A stretch of 63,638 nt of DNA, filler included, from Dicyema japonicum (lineage: Eukaryota > Animalia > Dicyemida), in the NCBI GenBank assembly GCA_011109175.1. It is 12 parts of 12 records of this genome, joined end to end, with 100 filler letters (N's around TTAATTAATTAA, not from the genome) between each part and the next. Parts side by side here need not be neighbours in the genome. Positions count along the whole stretch, not along the records: positions 59,803 to 61,789 come from RDEW01000213.1; positions 61,890 to 63,638 come from RDEW01000060.1; 10 more parts are not named here. One strand, 5' to 3'. The position numbers were made by a program, and so were the translations under genes. The notes beneath the pieces are model-generated. The model ran no database searches. It saw nothing but the letters and a program-made list of their open reading frames with translations, and was not told where the DNA came from. Positions 60,420-63,638 of the stretch are shown here, one piece after another (the stretch's first letter is position 1; every line of letters begins with the position of its first letter).

Positions 60420-60730
60420 AAGGAACCACGTAGGCGAGTTTCTAGATAGAAGAGGTCGAAATTTTGATTTTTTATAGTATAGTTAAAATGCGATTTTGGA
60501 GATTATTCGGCGATTTTGGACATTTGCGGGGACCTGGTCATTTAGATGTAACACGTGGCTAAAGTAAACTCAAAATTTCGACTTTTTTTGACTTACCACT
60601 TTTGATTAATATAACATTTTTTGATTAAAAGCTACATTTTTATAGGTTTAAAACAATTATAAAAAACAAATCAATTTTTTACTTATTGACAAAAATCGCC
60701 CTACTTATAAGTTTTCCCATGTGTACCAAA
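60420..60730. mobile_element. Foldback/MITE-like segment
   Basis: Perfect inverted 13-mer GTCGAAATTTTGA (60455) / TCAAAATTTCGAC (60570); partial outer inverted repeat GTAGGCGA / TCGCCCTAC; no TSD found. Confidence 0.35.
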
Positions 60731-60829
60731 TCGAATGCACGGGACATATAATGACAAGTATTTCAATAGCTTTCTTGGGTTTTGTAAAGGTATTAGCCAA
60801 CCTTCCCCAGTTCCAACTTATGGTCTTCA

Positions 60830-61789
60830 TGAAGAGATCCATTGAAAACATTGGTGATCATTTTGGCTAGATCTTACGGGCATATATTAAAAGTTCTGCT
60901 GAGATAATTTCTGGTCTTGCAGATATTCATTCCAGTGTTTAGCTTTTTAATTGCTTGAAGAATTCCGAAACTTATTGGGTGCAATAGAGTTGTTGATTAT
61001 TAAATATTGACTTTTTATCTTTGGTTAAATAAAGTGGGTTGTAAGTTGGTTTGTTTTCTCGACAGAGTAGATAGAGAGGATCTATCCGAAAGTATTACTT
61101 TGTTTAAGACGGCTATATGAAAAAAAGAAAAAAATCTGTGATCCCTTAAAACTAAGAAAACACATAATACCACACATAAAACACACATGTTAAAAAGGAT
61201 TAGTTAACTTGAAGACTTTATTAGTGATGATCAATATAATTCTAAAATTATAAAATAAAAACATTGTAATTTGTTATAAAAATTGCTGCATAGTGATGGA
61301 TCTCTTCCATATTGGATTGGACACATATATTCTCAATTTTTTGAATAATGTTATGCGGAACCAACATGCCCATAAATGCATTTCCTATTATTACAATAAA
61401 NTGTATTGTCTTCTTCAAGACAGGATTCTGTTTTTTTGCAGATAAAAATTTATTATGTTATCATTCGAAACTCCAAAAAATCGGTGGATAAGACTGCAAC
61501 AAAATGCTCAACAGCGACTACATCGGAAACAACAATGAAGTAGTTATGGGCATATGTGTAAAACATCAGAAAGTCAAAGAAACTGAGGACACATTCTATC
61601 AACTCATTATTAGTCCTCTGGACGTTGAAATCCAGGAGGACACATCAATAATGACATACACGCAGGTCAGGGTCTATAAACCTGACATTTTTGTCCATGA
61701 TAAATTGAAAAGTGAGACTACACTTATCTGAAGAAGAGATGTTCAATTTGAAGTAGGTCCTCAAAATAGGTGATATCTACGATTTGATT
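60830..61789 (+). mobile_element. Decayed R4-like element fragment
   Basis: MLNSDY..NNEVV..VEIQEDTSIMT..VRVYKPDIFVHDKLKSETTLI (RLE PD motif). Confidence 0.7.
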
Positions 61790-62778
61790 NNNNNNNNNNN
61801 NNNNNNNNNNNNNNNNNNNNNNNNNNNNNNNNNTTAATTAATTAANNNNNNNNNNNNNNNNNNNNNNNNNNNNNNNNNNNNNNNNNNNNTCATATTTCTA
61901 CACAAACAGGAGTTCCCCGTGAACTCTGTTGGCTATTTGAGCGAATCCTGATCGTCATCCACCATTAATAGAGTTTCTCTTTATTTTCAACATTATAATC
62001 AAATATTGTTGGCGGGGACCACTATGGATGGATGGCTGCGTTAATTTATTATTAATTATTACTTAGTAGTGTTATGATTGATTCCATTCGATGCCTCGAA
62101 ACATTGATTAAAATTTGCATGTCTTCAGAATGTACGAAGTTAAGAAATGAAGCAGTTGAAGGGGAACTTCGCTCAGTTAATATTATCGACACACAATGTT
62201 GAGATACAAGTTTATATGATGAAAATTGCTCCAACAAAGGTACAATTCAACTAATTTCATATTTTCGTTATATGATCAAAAACGAAATAAATACAATTGT
62301 AGTGCACTGAGGAAGCTACTAGCACATGCATCCAATCATTCGTTTTCAAAAAAAAACTTTAGATAGTATGTGGTTGACCACAAGCACGAGGTTAAGGTGG
62401 CTGACTAATTTCATATTTTCGTTATATGATCAAAAACGAAATAAATACAATTGTAGTGCACTGAGGAAGCTACTAGCACATGCATCCAATCATTCGTTTT
62501 CAAAAAAAAACTTTAGATAGTATGTGGTTGACCACAAGCGCGAGGTTAAGGTGGCTGATGAGGATTTCATATCTGCTTAGAACCAACTTGAGCAATTGGG
62601 TAAGTCAGCTATGCAGATGCACCATTAGATCCTAGAAGACGGATGTCTGACTCCGGTATGGAGAAATAAATGAGGATCAGTTGGTAGTACATTCCTCTAA
62701 AATGAGGAGAACGGTTGCCAAAAATTTGTATTAGTTATGATGGTTTGATCAAAAATTAAATATGATTAAAGTCTAATT

Positions 62779-62940
62779 CAGTAGAACCTATTAATCCGAA
62801 CTTTAATAATCCCAATTTTTGATAAATCAGCGAAATTTTGCGTGGATTCCATACAAACAAGCTTCAATAAACCGAAAGTTCATTATTTAAAGACATTTAT
62901 TAAATTTTCGGATTATTTTATTTTAAATTTAAATGAATTT
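62779..62940 (+). mobile_element. pogo/Tigger-like terminal fragment
   Basis: CAGTAGAACCTATTAATCCGAAC resembles the TIR at 9986. Confidence 0.5.
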
Positions 62941-62959
62941 ACATTTGGAATGACGCTTT

Positions 62960-63305
62960 CCCATATTCACACTGAAAATTATTGGTTTGGAATATAACCT
63001 GTGTGATACCTTCTCCAATTCGCTTCTTCTGAGATATGCTTAGAAACCTGGATCTGCGGCCAACGCAGCATAATTGGCCAAAATCCAGAACTTTCGGCCA
63101 TTGGAGACCGATATCGATTCACACCAGTGACTATAGAAACGTCGGGAGCCGTAGGATTCCTCACTGCGGCCTTTCTGAAAGAAATTAGAGGGAAACTAGC
63201 GAGCCGAAAATAAGAATGCCGCGAAACGTTCTGGCTAAGAAAACGAATCGGGATTACCGTAATACATAGAATCGCATACGCAATCATATCTGCAAAGGAT
63301 TAATT
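62960..63305 (+). mobile_element. CRE-clade-like RLE endonuclease 3' end
   Basis: LVWNITC..PGSAANAA..K..IGDRYRFTPVTIETSGAVG..FLKEI..WLRKRIGITV. Confidence 0.65.
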
Positions 63306-63464
63306 ATTTAAATCTTTTTTGTGTTAATAAATCGTTTTCCGGCTAAAAAAATACATTTTAAATTTAAAATATTGCAGTGTCATATGGTCAGAAAGAGGAC
63401 CAAATTTTCTATTGCACAGAAAAGAAAATTTTTTTGAAATAAATATAATTTCAAATCGGTTAAG

Positions 63465-63638
63465 ATACCTGGACAGCTGCTTCGACCGCGGAGAACCTAA
63501 AAATCAAGAAATATTCTTGCCTCGGGGACCGCTACCGATTTACTCCTGTTACAACAGAATCATCGGGAGCCGTTGGTCCAATGACGGGTGAGTTCTTGCG
63601 AGAACTAGGAGAAATGCTTGCCAGAAAGAAAAGGGATC
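63465..63638 (+). mobile_element. Second CRE-like RLE fragment, runs off the window end
   Basis: AASTAENLKIKKYSCLGDRYRFTPVTTESSGAVGPMTGEFLRELG. Confidence 0.7.

Noticed and set aside
12419-61889. Eleven regularly structured TTAATTAATTAA islands flanked by N44
   Set aside because: Identical 100-bp artificial spacers. ORFs reading through them (ending ..LIN) are artefacts, and gene order across them has no meaning. The TTAA runs at 6079 and 7278 are not N-flanked and are genuine element tails.
13200-62556. Near-perfect two-unit tandem duplications of 87-154 bp (13200, 15120, 41204, 58821, 62251)
   Set aside because: Read-length scale, 0-2 mismatches and only two units each, so probably gap-filling or haplotype artefacts. 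Not CRISPR: no spacers and no cas genes, and the genome is eukaryotic.

Overview
Eukaryotic (animal) AT-rich draft-genome window. It is not one locus: it is 12 contigs/scaffolds joined by 11 identical artificial 100-bp spacers (N44-TTAATTAATTAA-N44), so nothing can be inferred from neighbourhood across spacers. The ORF track misses most host genes because they are split by ultrashort GT-AG introns (21-29 nt). Read by hand, the window holds three apparently intact genes: NTM1/NTMT1, an NPC1 orthologue with 22 introns of 22-26 nt, and a neurochondrin-like gene. It also holds four intron-retaining, frameshifted host-gene copies: a LIM-homeobox (Lhx1/5-Lhx3/4-like), a MARK/PAR-1-like kinase, a CerS1-like ceramide synthase and an axonemal beta-type dynein heavy chain fragment. 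The rest is mostly nested, decayed transposons: RTE, R4/Dong-like and CRE-like RLE elements, Ingi/Vingi-like elements, hAT (Buster/Charlie and DUF659/CGGBP1-type), Tc1, pogo/Tigger, a Helitron-like element, Ginger-like integrases and a tRNA-derived SINE. Ultrashort introns together with a ciliary dynein best fit a dicyemid-like reduced animal; this is inference. The strongest leads are a virus-like 2A (StopGo) motif, GDVEENPGP, fused directly to the APE endonuclease of an Ingi/Vingi-like retrotransposon; an intron-bearing retroviral-type integrase; a two-copy tRNA-derived SINE family; the size-constrained micro-intron system; and the decayed developmental and ciliary genes. All homology calls come from motif recognition by eye, not database searches.
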